Below are positions 26,793 through 35,877 of a DNA stretch of 64,000 nt, piece after piece. The notes under the pieces are model-generated. The model was not told the DNA's origin and did not search any database. It worked only from the letters and a program-made list of their open reading frames with translations. Positions within the stretch are counted from its first letter, which is position 1; every line of letters starts with the position of its first letter. The stretch is from a virus (taxonomy: Duplodnaviria; Caudoviricetes), in IMG/VR virus record IMGVR_UViG_3300047551_002158. One strand, given 5' to 3'. The translations under genes and the position numbers were made by a program.

Positions 26793-27587
26793 ATGATATC
26801 AATGAATTGTATGGGTTCCATCGGCAGATTGGGGAACCAGATGTTTCAATATGCTGCATTAAGGAGCATATCAAAGAAGTTTAATTATGAGTATTGTCTT
26901 CCTGTGGTTAATTTCAAATGTTTTGATGCTCTTGGAAATCCAGAGGATTTAAATTTATTTGAATGTTTCGAACTAAATGATGAAGAAAGAAAAAATACGG
27001 ATTTATATCCTATTAAATTAGAAACCTTTGGATTTGATGATAATGTTTTTTATAAATGTCCAGATAATGTTGATCTGCACGGATATTTTCAAGACGTAAA
27101 ATACTTTGAAAATAATGCAGAAGATATTAGAAAATCTTTTGTCTTTAAAAAGAATCATTCAGATGTTGCTCATCAACAGTTTTATTCATCATTTCCAAAC
27201 CAAGAGGTAATTTCTCTTCATATTAGAAGAGGTGATTATTCTCATCAGTCTCATCATCCAGTTCAATCACTTGAATATTATGCGAAGGCATTAAAATTTT
27301 TTAATAAAGATTTAAAGGTATTAATATTCAGTGATGATGTTGATTGGGCAGAAAGGCAAGAAATTTTTCAATCGGAAAGATTTTTGTTTTCAAGAAATAA
27401 TAACTCTGCAGTTGATCTTTGTATGCAAACTTTTTGCAAGTATCATATTATTGCAAATAGCACTTTTAGTTGGTGGGGTGCTTGGTTGGCCAATAGTAAA
27501 AAAGTAGTAAAACCAAAATTATGGTTTGGTCCACCATTAGATAACTATAAAAATTTTTTAGATGTAAAGGGTTGGATAGCATTATAA
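26793..27587 (+). CDS. GT11 alpha-1,2-fucosyltransferase-like protein (copy 3)
   Basis: GRLGNQMFQYA, HIRRGD, IIANSTFSWWGAWL. Confidence 0.9.
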   Translation: MISMNCMGSIGRLGNQMFQYAALRSISKKFNYEYCLPVVNFKCFDALGNPEDLNLFECFELNDEERKNTDLYPIKLETFGFDDNVFYKCPDNVDLHGYFQDVKYFENNAEDIRKSFVFKKNHSDVAHQQFYSSFPNQEVISLHIRRGDYSHQSHHPVQSLEYYAKALKFFNKDLKVLIFSDDVDWAERQEIFQSERFLFSRNNNSAVDLCMQTFCKYHIIANSTFSWWGAWLANSKKVVKPKLWFGPPLDNYKNFLDVKGWIAL

Positions 27588-27623
27588 TAATTTAAATACA
27601 TACTACAAAGGATGAAATGACTT

Positions 27624-28868
27624 ATGAATGAACTGAATGAATTTAGTTTAGATACTGAAAACGGAGAAAAGAATTATAATCTCGCAGTTTGGTATGAAAA
27701 TCAAGGACATACTGCACCAGCACATACTTATTACTTAAGAGCAGCAGAGAGAACAGAAGATAATCTCCTTTCTTATCGAGCATTAATTCGTGCTTCTTTT
27801 TGTTATAAGTCCCAAGGTTCAAGAGATGGGACTGAAAAGGTTCTTCTTGAAAATGCATTGATGCTTATTCCAGAAAGACCAGAAGCTTATTATTTTCTTT
27901 CTCTCCTCTACGAAAAGAAAAGTGAGTGGCAAAATTCTTACATTTATGCAACGATAGGACTTCATTGTTACAAACAAAATGTTGAAGTCATTGATCTACC
28001 GGAGTATCAAGGAAAGCATTTACTGATCTTTCAAAAAGCAATTTCTGCTTGGTGGTGGGGTAAAAGTCAAGAAAGTAGAGGTTTATTTCAATTACTTGCA
28101 ACTGATTATTGGAATGTTTTGGATAAAAAGCATCAGCAATCTGTTGAAGATAACATTAGCCGTTTAGGATTAACATCACAATCGCAGGGAGAAATTGTCT
28201 ATACGAAAGAAAGTCACAACTCCTTGAGATTTAAGTTTGATGGGTCTGAGAAGATTGAAAGAAGTTACTCTCAAATTCTTCAAGATATTTTTATTCTTTC
28301 TGTTCTGAATGGAAAGAAAGAAGGTAAGTTCTTAGAAGTTGGTGGAGCAAGACCTTTTGAGAGAAACAATACTGCTTTGTTAGAACAATCTTTTGGTTGG
28401 ACTGGAGTTTCAATCGAACTCAATCCAGATTTTGCAAATGAATATATCAATGCAAGAAAGAATACAAAAGTTTTTTGCACCGATGCATTAAATGTTGATT
28501 ATAATAAGATATTGAATGAAGAATTTGATACTCAGGTTATTGATTATCTTCAGTTAGATATTGAACCAGCAAAGAATACTTTTGAAGTTCTATTATCCAT
28601 ACCTTTTGAGAAGTATAAGTTTGCAGTCATAACTTATGAACACGATTATTATGTTGACATAAGTAAGTCATATCGTGACAAGTCAAGACGATATTTGCAA
28701 GTAATGGGTTATGAACTTCTGGTAAGTGACTTATCTCCAGATGGTGTAAGTAATTTTGAGGATTGGTGGGTTCATCCGGATCTTATTGACGAACAAATTA
28801 AAAATACTATGAGAGACGCATCCTCTAAGATTAAAAATGTAAAAGATTATATGTTTACTAACAAATGA
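27624..28868 (+). CDS. TPR-like helical domain fused to an FkbM-type methyltransferase
   Basis: PERPEAYY helical repeats; SQILQD, FLEVGGA, GVSIE, IDYLQLDIEP, ITYEHD. Confidence 0.72.
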   Translation: MNELNEFSLDTENGEKNYNLAVWYENQGHTAPAHTYYLRAAERTEDNLLSYRALIRASFCYKSQGSRDGTEKVLLENALMLIPERPEAYYFLSLLYEKKSEWQNSYIYATIGLHCYKQNVEVIDLPEYQGKHLLIFQKAISAWWWGKSQESRGLFQLLATDYWNVLDKKHQQSVEDNISRLGLTSQSQGEIVYTKESHNSLRFKFDGSEKIERSYSQILQDIFILSVLNGKKEGKFLEVGGARPFERNNTALLEQSFGWTGVSIELNPDFANEYINARKNTKVFCTDALNVDYNKILNEEFDTQVIDYLQLDIEPAKNTFEVLLSIPFEKYKFAVITYEHDYYVDISKSYRDKSRRYLQVMGYELLVSDLSPDGVSNFEDWWVHPDLIDEQIKNTMRDASSKIKNVKDYMFTNK

Positions 28869-29557
28869 GTACTTTTAGTTTTTCTACTATGAATGATAGT
28901 GGATACACCAAACAAACTGACTTGGGATATAACCAAGTGTATGTAAAGAATAAATCTGAAAATACTTTTAATGTCAATAGAAACTCTAAATCAACATCTT
29001 GGATTGTAGATAGTTTTTATGAAGATCCAGATGCTGTAAGAGAGTTTGCATTGCAGCAAGACTATCTTGAAGGTGGAATTGGTAGAGGATTTATTGGAAG
29101 AAGAACTCATCAACAATTTTTATTCCCAGGTCTCAAAGAAAGATTTGAAGAGATTATGGGAAGAAAGATTACGAAATGGGAAGAACACGGAATGAATGGA
29201 CGTTTCCAAATCTCTTGGTCTGGAGAACCATTGGTGTATCATTGTGATAGTCAAAAGTGGGGTGGAATGTTATATCTTACTCCTAATGCACCTTATCAGT
29301 GCGGAACTACTTTATATGCAAATAAAAAGACCAGAGCAAGAACTTATTATGATAAAGGTTGGGACGCTGCTTGGGTAGATGTTCCTGGTGATTGTCACTT
29401 GGATGGAACACCATTTGAACCAGTGGATGTTCTTGGAAATGTCTATAATCGTCTGGTAATTTTTGATGCAAGTGCTATTCATTCTGCATCAGAATATTTT
29501 GGGACAGTCAAAGAGAATGCGAGAATGTGGCAGATGTTTTTCTTTGATACCGACTGA
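28865..29557 (+). CDS. 2OG-Fe(II) oxygenase superfamily protein (DUF6445-like)
   Basis: VYHCD (HxD), LYLTP, NVYNRLVIFD..IHSA, distal Arg (RMWQMFFF). Confidence 0.75.
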   Translation: MSTFSFSTMNDSGYTKQTDLGYNQVYVKNKSENTFNVNRNSKSTSWIVDSFYEDPDAVREFALQQDYLEGGIGRGFIGRRTHQQFLFPGLKERFEEIMGRKITKWEEHGMNGRFQISWSGEPLVYHCDSQKWGGMLYLTPNAPYQCGTTLYANKKTRARTYYDKGWDAAWVDVPGDCHLDGTPFEPVDVLGNVYNRLVIFDASAIHSASEYFGTVKENARMWQMFFFDTD

Positions 29558-29562
29558 GGGGC

Positions 29563-29597
29563 TTGACAAGCAGGTAAAGAACTGTTATGATAAATAC
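29563..29597 (+). promoter_or_regulatory. sigma70 promoter plus late promoter of psbA
   Basis: TTGACA 29563-29568, 17 bp, TATGAT 29586-29591, overlapping ATAAATA. Confidence 0.8.
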
Positions 29598-29641
29598 ATC
29601 AACGGGTTAAGAAATGTAACGGTTCTTAATCTTTGTCCTCT

Positions 29642-29740
29642 TCCTAACCGAGACCTATGGGGAGGTTAAACACAGTCTCTCATACCCACAGTGGAGGGTG
29701 CTGTGGGGGTATACTCGTAACGGTTCGTCCCCCCGAACTT
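29642..29740 (+). ncRNA. Structured psbA 5' leader, probably the PhotoRC-II RNA motif
   Basis: GAGAC/GTCTC helix, ATACC-CACAG/CTGTG-GGTAT hairpin, GTTCG/CGAAC hairpin; position upstream of a cyanophage psbA fits the known motif (assignment from memory). Confidence 0.55.
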
Positions 29741-29759
29741 TTATCTAACTCTCTTAAAA

Positions 29760-30839
29760 ATGACTGCTACAATTTCACAACAACGACAACTTAATACTTG
29801 GGATCAATTCTGCGACTGGATTACTTCAACCAACAATCGTCTTTATGTTGGTTGGTTTGGAACTCTGATGATTCCTACCCTGCTTGCGGCAACTATTTGC
29901 TTCATCGTTGCCTTCATCGCTGCTCCTCCTGTGGACATCGATGGTATTCGTGAACCAGTTGCTGGTTCTCTGATGTACGGAAACAACATCATCTCTGGTG
30001 CTGTTATTCCTTCTTCTAATGCAATCGGTCTTCACTTCTATCCTATTTGGGAAGCTGCTTCTCTTGATGAGTGGCTATATAATGGTGGTCCTTACCAACT
30101 GGTAGTCTTCCACTTCCTGATTGGTGTCTTCTCTTATATGGGTCGTGAATGGGAACTTAGTTACCGACTGGGTATGCGTCCTTGGATTTGTGTTGCTTAC
30201 TCAGCCCCTGTTGCCGCTGCTACTGCTGTTTTCCTGGTCTACCCCTTCGGACAGGGTTCATTCTCTGATGGTATGCCGCTTGGGATTTCTGGCACTTTTA
30301 ACTACATGCTTGTATTCCAGGCAGAACACAACATTCTTATGCATCCTTTCCACATGCTGGGAGTTGCTGGGGTCTTCGGTGGTTCTCTTTTCTCTGCTAT
30401 GCACGGATCTCTTGTCACCTCTTCTCTTGTCCGTGAGACTACAGAGAATGAGTCACAGAACTATGGATACAAGTTCGGACAAGAAGAAGAAACATACAAC
30501 ATCGTAGCTGCACACGGTTACTTTGGTCGCCTTATTTTCCAATACGCTTCCTTCAATAACTCACGTTCACTGCACTTCTTCCTTGCTGCTTGGCCTGTTG
30601 TAGGCATCTGGTTCACTGCTCTTGGTGTTTCTACGATGGCCTTCAATTTGAATGGATTCAACTTTAATCAATCTATCGTTGACTCTCAGGGTCGTGTGCT
30701 CAATACTTGGGCAGACGTTCTGAACCGTGCTGGACTGGGAATGGAAGTTATGCATGAACGTAATGCTCACAATTTTCCGTTAGACCTGGCTGCTGCCGAG
30801 TCAACCCCTGTTGCTCTGACTGCACCTGCTATCGGTTGA
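29760..30839 (+). CDS. psbA: Photosystem II D1 protein, intron-free
   Basis: [37 protein letters not shown]; continuous 359-aa frame. Confidence 0.99.
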   Translation: MTATISQQRQLNTWDQFCDWITSTNNRLYVGWFGTLMIPTLLAATICFIVAFIAAPPVDIDGIREPVAGSLMYGNNIISGAVIPSSNAIGLHFYPIWEAASLDEWLYNGGPYQLVVFHFLIGVFSYMGREWELSYRLGMRPWICVAYSAPVAAATAVFLVYPFGQGSFSDGMPLGISGTFNYMLVFQAEHNILMHPFHMLGVAGVFGGSLFSAMHGSLVTSSLVRETTENESQNYGYKFGQEEETYNIVAAHGYFGRLIFQYASFNNSRSLHFFLAAWPVVGIWFTALGVSTMAFNLNGFNFNQSIVDSQGRVLNTWADVLNRAGLGMEVMHERNAHNFPLDLAAAESTPVALTAPAIG

Positions 30840-30858
30840 TAAAAACTCAATAGTTTTT

Positions 30859-30887
30859 AAGACCTCCTTCGGGAGGTCTTTTTTTTT
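30859..30887 (+). terminator. Rho-independent terminator
   Basis: AAGACCTCC-TTCG-GGAGGTCTT plus T tract; C(UUCG)G tetraloop. Confidence 0.92.
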
Positions 30888-30927
30888 ATGCTATAATGCA
30901 TAAATAATAATGCACGAAGAATGAACA

Positions 30928-31365
30928 ATGCCCAGACCTATACAAACAACAGGGACAAAAATCTGCACCACTTGCGGAATAGAAAAGGATATTAATGATT
31001 TTTATTTTAGGGGTGGGAAGTATTCTCCTAATAGTCGCAAATCAAAATGTAAAGAATGTGACAAAAAAAGACTTGCAGAAAATCACGACCCTATTAAATA
31101 TCGTGAACAACATCTTAAAAGAATGTATGGCATCACTCAACAAGATTATGATATAATGCTCACAGAACAAAATAACCAGTGTGCTATTTGTGAGACAATT
31201 GAGCCTGGTGGTAGGCATACGAGTAATTATTTTGTTGTAGACCACTGCCATACAACTGGTAAAGTAAGAAAACTTTTATGCCATCACTGCAACACTGCAC
31301 TTGGGCTTGTAGGAGACAATATCAGCACTCTTCAAAAAATGATAGAATACTTGCAGACCAGTTGA
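30928..31365 (+). mobile_element. Free-standing endonuclease VII-family homing endonuclease (F-CphI-like)
   Basis: N-terminal CxxC..CxxC; YGIT, QNNQCAIC, VVDHCH..GKVRKLLCHHCN..LG; directly downstream of psbA. Confidence 0.82.
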
Positions 31366-31434
31366 GAAACTGTCTACCTTATGAACCACTCCACACAAAT
31401 CTGCTCTATAATGTTCTTGTAATCAATCAACGTT

Positions 31435-32013
31435 ATGACTAAACCAATTCTTACTCCAACTGAATATGATGCTCTCTGTAATATTTTAGAATGGGCGTGG
31501 GAAGTAGTTCGTTGTGAACCAGAACTTTGTTTGAAAGACGTTAATTATTCGTCTGCTTCCAAAGTTGTTTCTGAAACCAGAAGTGAAACTGGACTTTCGG
31601 TTGAATATGAACCGACTGGTGTAGATCCAATTAAAACTGGAGAATGTGGTCTTGGTCTTGCAGAAGCATTTGAATACACACTTGATGAACCAAATGCGGA
31701 AAATATTCATACTATGATTACTAATTTGATGTATAAGTTGAATTGTAATCCAATTCTTGCAAATGGTCTTGGTAATAGTTGGGAAACCCTTTCACCTCTT
31801 GTAGATAATAAAGAGCGTGATCGTTTGGAAGATAGTAATGACGACCAAGATGCTACAACTCAAACACTTGAAGGATATGTTATTGAGCATATTAGTTTGA
31901 AAAACAAAGTTGCCAGACTTCAAGAACATTATGATAATGTTAATGAAATTGGATATATTCAAGTGGATGATAATCTTTGGATTGATGGTGGAAATTCTGA
32001 CATTCTTCCTTGA
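31435..32013 (+). CDS. Acidic hypothetical protein
   Basis: 192-aa ORF preceded by TATAAT (31407-31412). Confidence 0.75.
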   Translation: MTKPILTPTEYDALCNILEWAWEVVRCEPELCLKDVNYSSASKVVSETRSETGLSVEYEPTGVDPIKTGECGLGLAEAFEYTLDEPNAENIHTMITNLMYKLNCNPILANGLGNSWETLSPLVDNKERDRLEDSNDDQDATTQTLEGYVIEHISLKNKVARLQEHYDNVNEIGYIQVDDNLWIDGGNSDILP

Positions 32014-32038
32014 TAACAACTGAATAACTGATATAATT

Positions 32039-32064
32039 AAGAGGGTATAACAACCCTCTTTTTT
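32039..32064 (+). terminator. Rho-independent terminator
   Basis: AAGAGGGT-ATAACA-ACCCTCTT plus T tract. Confidence 0.8.
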
Positions 32065-32187
32065 ATGTCTCATAATAATCAACACGAACCTATGGAGCCT
32101 TGGGTATTCTGGGCGGGAATGGGTATTATGATATTTACAGTTATTATTTTTGTTGTATTTACTCTTTCAGTGATGTATTGGGGATAA
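32065..32187 (+). CDS. Small membrane protein (40 aa)
   Basis: Read by hand: MSHNNQHEPMEPWVFWAGMGIMIFTVIIFVVFTLSVMYWG. Confidence 0.6.
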   Translation: MSHNNQHEPMEPWVFWAGMGIMIFTVIIFVVFTLSVMYWG

Positions 32188-32263
32188 TATGTTCAATTCA
32201 TAACAAAACCTTATCAACTGAAATAGAACTCCTTATAATTACTAAGGAGTTCTTTCTTTTTAT

Positions 32264-32923
32264 ATGAAGATCTTTTTAGATACGGCAGATGTTTCATTAA
32301 TTGGACCAGCATACGACACAGGATTATTAGATGGTGTCACTACAAATCCCACTCTAATCCTCAAAAGCGGTAGACAACTTCAAGAAGTTATTACAGAAAT
32401 CGCAAATACATTTACAGAGTTAGAAAGCATCTCTGCAGAAGTTGTTGTAGATACAGCAGAGGAAATGCTTACAGAAGCAAAGAATTATTATTCAATTTCT
32501 CCAAGTGTTACAATCAAAGTTCCTTGTACTGTTGAAGGATTGAAGGCTTGTAAGTTTCTTTCTGGACAAGGAATTAAAACAAATGTAACTTTGGTGTTTT
32601 CCGTTGCTCAGGCAATTCTTGCATCTAAAGCAGGAGCAACATTCATCTCACCATTTGTAGGTCGTTGGATGGATAATTCAGTTGATGGAATTGAACTACT
32701 CAAGAACATTCGTAAGGCATTTGATTATTCTGGAACATCAACTCAAATTCTTGCAGCATCTCTTCGTGATGTTAGACAAGTTGAACAATCTGCACTGTAT
32801 GGTGCAGATGTAATTACAATCCCACCAATCGTATTTTGGTCAATGTATAAAAACATTATGACCGAAAAAGGACTGGAGTTGTTCCAGAAAGATTGGAATG
32901 AAGTTCTTAAATCAAAAGAATGA
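32264..32923 (+). CDS. talC: Transaldolase (TalC/FSA family)
   Basis: IFLDTAD, GVTTNPT, TIKVPCT (Schiff-base Lys), NVTLVFS, SPFVGR, ILAASLR. Confidence 0.95.
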   Translation: MKIFLDTADVSLIGPAYDTGLLDGVTTNPTLILKSGRQLQEVITEIANTFTELESISAEVVVDTAEEMLTEAKNYYSISPSVTIKVPCTVEGLKACKFLSGQGIKTNVTLVFSVAQAILASKAGATFISPFVGRWMDNSVDGIELLKNIRKAFDYSGTSTQILAASLRDVRQVEQSALYGADVITIPPIVFWSMYKNIMTEKGLELFQKDWNEVLKSKE

Positions 32924-33126
32924 AAAAGGAGCATCAGTGTTGGAATTTTATAATGTCATCATTCGCAAGATCATACGGGGTAAATAGAGTGATGATTGAA
33001 CAGAAATTTCACGAAATTGCATTAGAATGGTGTGATGAGCACGATTACATTTGTGATGTTGAACTTGAAAGTTTATCTAAAGTTGATTTGTATTTTAGAA
33101 ACATTTACGAAAACTGGGAGAAATAA
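32920..33126 (+). CDS. Hypothetical protein
   Basis: ATGA-coupled between talC and gnd. Confidence 0.7.
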   Translation: MKKEHQCWNFIMSSFARSYGVNRVMIEQKFHEIALEWCDEHDYICDVELESLSKVDLYFRNIYENWEK

Positions 33127-34152
33127 ATGAAAGTTGGATTAATTGGACTTGGACGAATGGGAGAAGGAATGTCCCGTCGTATGATGAAAGCAGGTATCGA
33201 AGTATGGGGATATCGTAGAAATTATGAAAAGGCAAGTGAAGCATATGAGAAAGGTTATGTAAATGGAGTTGCTACAACCATCGAAAATCTTGTCAGAATA
33301 GTTAAACAAAGTGGATCACAACCAGGAATTTTTCAAATGGTTGTACCAGCAGAAACAGTAGAGGAAACGATCAATGAGTTACTACGATTTTGTGGTGAGG
33401 GAGATATTATTATTGATCATGGCAATAGCAATTTTAAAGACAGTCGGAAGAGAGCAGAACGTCTGGCAAAGATGGGTATCCAATATATTGATTGTGGCAC
33501 TAGCGGTGGTGTTTACGGTCTGGATCGTGGATACTGTCTTATGGTTGGTGGTGGAGATACTGCAGTCGCCACTTGCAAAAGCATTTTTAATGCCCTCTCT
33601 CCAGACATCCACTCTGCCCCAAGGACTGATGCCTGCGACAACGTAACATCAGCAGAGCACGGTTGGTTGCACTGTGGTGGTCCAGGAGCAGGACATTTTG
33701 TTAAGATGGTGCATAATGGTATTGAATATGGTATGATGCAGGCGTATGCCGAAGGTTTTAACATTCTAAAGAGTGCAAACAATGGAGCACAATACGTCAA
33801 AGAAGGAGATGCAGAGGTCGCACCTATGGCAGATCCAGAAAGTTACTGCTATGATATTGATGTTGCTGAAGTTGCTGAGTTATGGCGTCGTGGTAGCGTT
33901 GTTAGTAGCTGGTTACTTGACCTTACTGCTGATGTGTTGCGCGGCAGCCCACAGCTTTCTAACTTCTCTGGAGGAGTATCCGACAGTGGTGAAGGTCGGT
34001 GGACGGTTAATGCTGCTGTGGATCTGGGGGTTCCCGCTCCTGTCATCACCACTGCTCTTTATGAAAGATTTAATTCACGCAATCTGGGCACTTTCGCAGC
34101 CAAGATTCTAAATGGTATGAGATACATGTTTGGAGGACATCACGTTCGATGA
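33127..34152 (+). CDS. gnd: 6-phosphogluconate dehydrogenase (short, decarboxylating type)
   Basis: GLGRMG, IDHGNS, DCGTSGG, GAGHFVKMVHNGIEYG, DSGEGRWT, MRYMFGGH. Confidence 0.95.
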   Translation: MKVGLIGLGRMGEGMSRRMMKAGIEVWGYRRNYEKASEAYEKGYVNGVATTIENLVRIVKQSGSQPGIFQMVVPAETVEETINELLRFCGEGDIIIDHGNSNFKDSRKRAERLAKMGIQYIDCGTSGGVYGLDRGYCLMVGGGDTAVATCKSIFNALSPDIHSAPRTDACDNVTSAEHGWLHCGGPGAGHFVKMVHNGIEYGMMQAYAEGFNILKSANNGAQYVKEGDAEVAPMADPESYCYDIDVAEVAELWRRGSVVSSWLLDLTADVLRGSPQLSNFSGGVSDSGEGRWTVNAAVDLGVPAPVITTALYERFNSRNLGTFAAKILNGMRYMFGGHHVR

Positions 34153-34259
34153 TTACGACTGAGACACCTTATAAACTGGCTGAGATCATTCGTGATACTT
34201 GGCCAGGTCTTTATAGACCTCCAGCAAAAGTTAACAAATCAACTCAAAAAACTAAATAA
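34149..34259 (+). CDS. Small hypothetical protein (36 aa)
   Basis: Read by hand: MITTETPYKLAEIIRDTWPGLYRPPAKVNKSTQKTK; ATGA overlap with gnd. Confidence 0.65.
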   Translation: MITTETPYKLAEIIRDTWPGLYRPPAKVNKSTQKTK

Positions 34260-34287
34260 TACTTAGATGTAATTGGAGATTTTGGTA

Positions 34288-35583
34288 ATGGAAGAACTGC
34301 AACTTGAAGAACAACAAAGAACTAATCAGCAGGCACAGGATCGTACTCCATATGATCCTAATGCTGCTGATCGTTTTGCAGAAGGTTATACTCCAGTGGG
34401 AGAGGGGAGAGATAATACTCCAGTAGAACAAGTAAATCCTGTTCGTGTTGGTGAAGTTGAAGCAACTACCGAAATAAACTCTGATCTTGGTATTAATAAT
34501 CCACAGGATCTTGCTTCTGGTGGAAGTGATTTTGCTTTGAATGAAAGAGTTCCCAATCAAAATAATATTAACTCAGAAGTTCCATTCAACGATCCATTAA
34601 GACCACTAAATGTCAATGCTAATAACTTACCTGACACTGCTAATATCCCTGTCAGTGTCAGCAATAGTCCTGAGGTTCCTGATAGACAAGTTCCACAAGA
34701 ACCTGTAACTCCTACTCCAGAACCTCCTATAAATCCCCCTGATCCTCCAGTAGATCCTCCAGTTGATCCACCCGTAGATCCTCCAGTAGATCCTCCAGTG
34801 GACCCACCTGTTGATCCTCCAGTAGATCCTCCAGTAGATCCTCCAGTTGATCCTCCAGTAGATCCTCCAGTTGATCCTCCAGTTGATCCTCCAGTTGATC
34901 CTCCAGTTGATCCTCCAGTAGATCCTCCAGTGGACCCACCTGTTGATCCTCCAGTAGATCCACCCGTAGATCCTCCAGTTGATCCTCCAGTTGATCCTCC
35001 AGAAGACCCTGAAGATCCAGAAGACCCTGAAGATCCAGAAGACCCTGAAGATCCAGAAGACCCTGAAGATCCAGAAGACCCTGAAGATCCAGAAGACCCT
35101 GAAGATCCAGAAGACCCTGAAGATCCAGATAAAGGAAATAATGGATTTGGTAATGGAGATCAGGATGCTCCAGGTGGTTCAGGCCCTCATAACAACGCAG
35201 AAAATGACCAAACTCCAGGAGAGCAAGGTAACTCTCATCAAGATAATAATAATAATGGAGGAGGTGGAGGAAACTCAGATAGTAAAGGCAATAATGGGTG
35301 GGGAAATGGAGACCAGGATGCTCCAGGTGGTTCAGGACCTCATAACAACGCTGAAAATGATGAAACTCCTAATGGACATACTGCTGACCTTGTAGATAAG
35401 TTCCTCACAGAAAATCCAGTAGATCATTCAGACGACCATAATCCACAATTTGATATTCCAAATCAGGATACAGAGCATTCAGATCATTCAAATTATTCTG
35501 ATTATGTAAGTGTAGAAGTTTATGACGTTCACAGTACTGATTTTGTAGATCATCACTATAATGATCATCATAATGAATTTTAA
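34288..35583 (+). CDS. Acidic Pro/Asp-repeat protein with a His-rich C-terminus
   Basis: CTAAATA late promoter and GGAG RBS; (DPPV)21, (DPE)13, two KGNNG[FW]GNGDQDAPGGSGPHNNAEND motifs. Confidence 0.8.
   Translation: MEELQLEEQQRTNQQAQDRTPYDPNAADRFAEGYTPVGEGRDNTPVEQVNPVRVGEVEATTEINSDLGINNPQDLASGGSDFALNERVPNQNNINSEVPFNDPLRPLNVNANNLPDTANIPVSVSNSPEVPDRQVPQEPVTPTPEPPINPPDPPVDPPVDPPVDPPVDPPVDPPVDPPVDPPVDPPVDPPVDPPVDPPVDPPVDPPVDPPVDPPVDPPVDPPVDPPVDPPVDPPVDPPEDPEDPEDPEDPEDPEDPEDPEDPEDPEDPEDPEDPEDPEDPDKGNNGFGNGDQDAPGGSGPHNNAENDQTPGEQGNSHQDNNNNGGGGGNSDSKGNNGWGNGDQDAPGGSGPHNNAENDETPNGHTADLVDKFLTENPVDHSDDHNPQFDIPNQDTEHSDHSNYSDYVSVEVYDVHSTDFVDHHYNDHHNEF
34741..35127 (+). repeat. Coding tandem repeats: 12-bp DPPV units followed by perfect 18-bp GACCCTGAAGATCCAGAA units
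   Basis: Counted directly: 21 DPPV units from 34741; 6.5 copies of the 18-mer at 35005-35121. Confidence 0.95.
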
Positions 35584-35634
35584 AATAATAATTAATTTTT
35601 TTTATAAATTAATATATAATTACATTGCATTTTA

Positions 35635-35877
35635 TTGACTATGAAATTTACAGTTTATTCGAAAGATGGATGTCCTTATTGCACTAAGGTTGAGCAAGTG
35701 CTACAATTAGCAAATCTTGAGCACGTTGTATACAAACTTGGAACTAATTTTGACAGAGATCAGTTTTATGCAGAGTTTGGGCAAGGATCTACCTTTCCTC
35801 AAGTGATTGTGGATGATAAACACATTGGTGGTTGCACTGATACTGTACAATATCTTAAGGAGCAAAAATTAGTTTAA
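35635..35877 (+). CDS. nrdC: Glutaredoxin
   Basis: GCPYC, TFPQV, IGGCTD. Confidence 0.92.
   Translation: MTMKFTVYSKDGCPYCTKVEQVLQLANLEHVVYKLGTNFDRDQFYAEFGQGSTFPQVIVDDKHIGGCTDTVQYLKEQKLV

Noticed and set aside
29760-30839. Group I intron in psbA
   Set aside because: The frame is continuous and of normal D1 length
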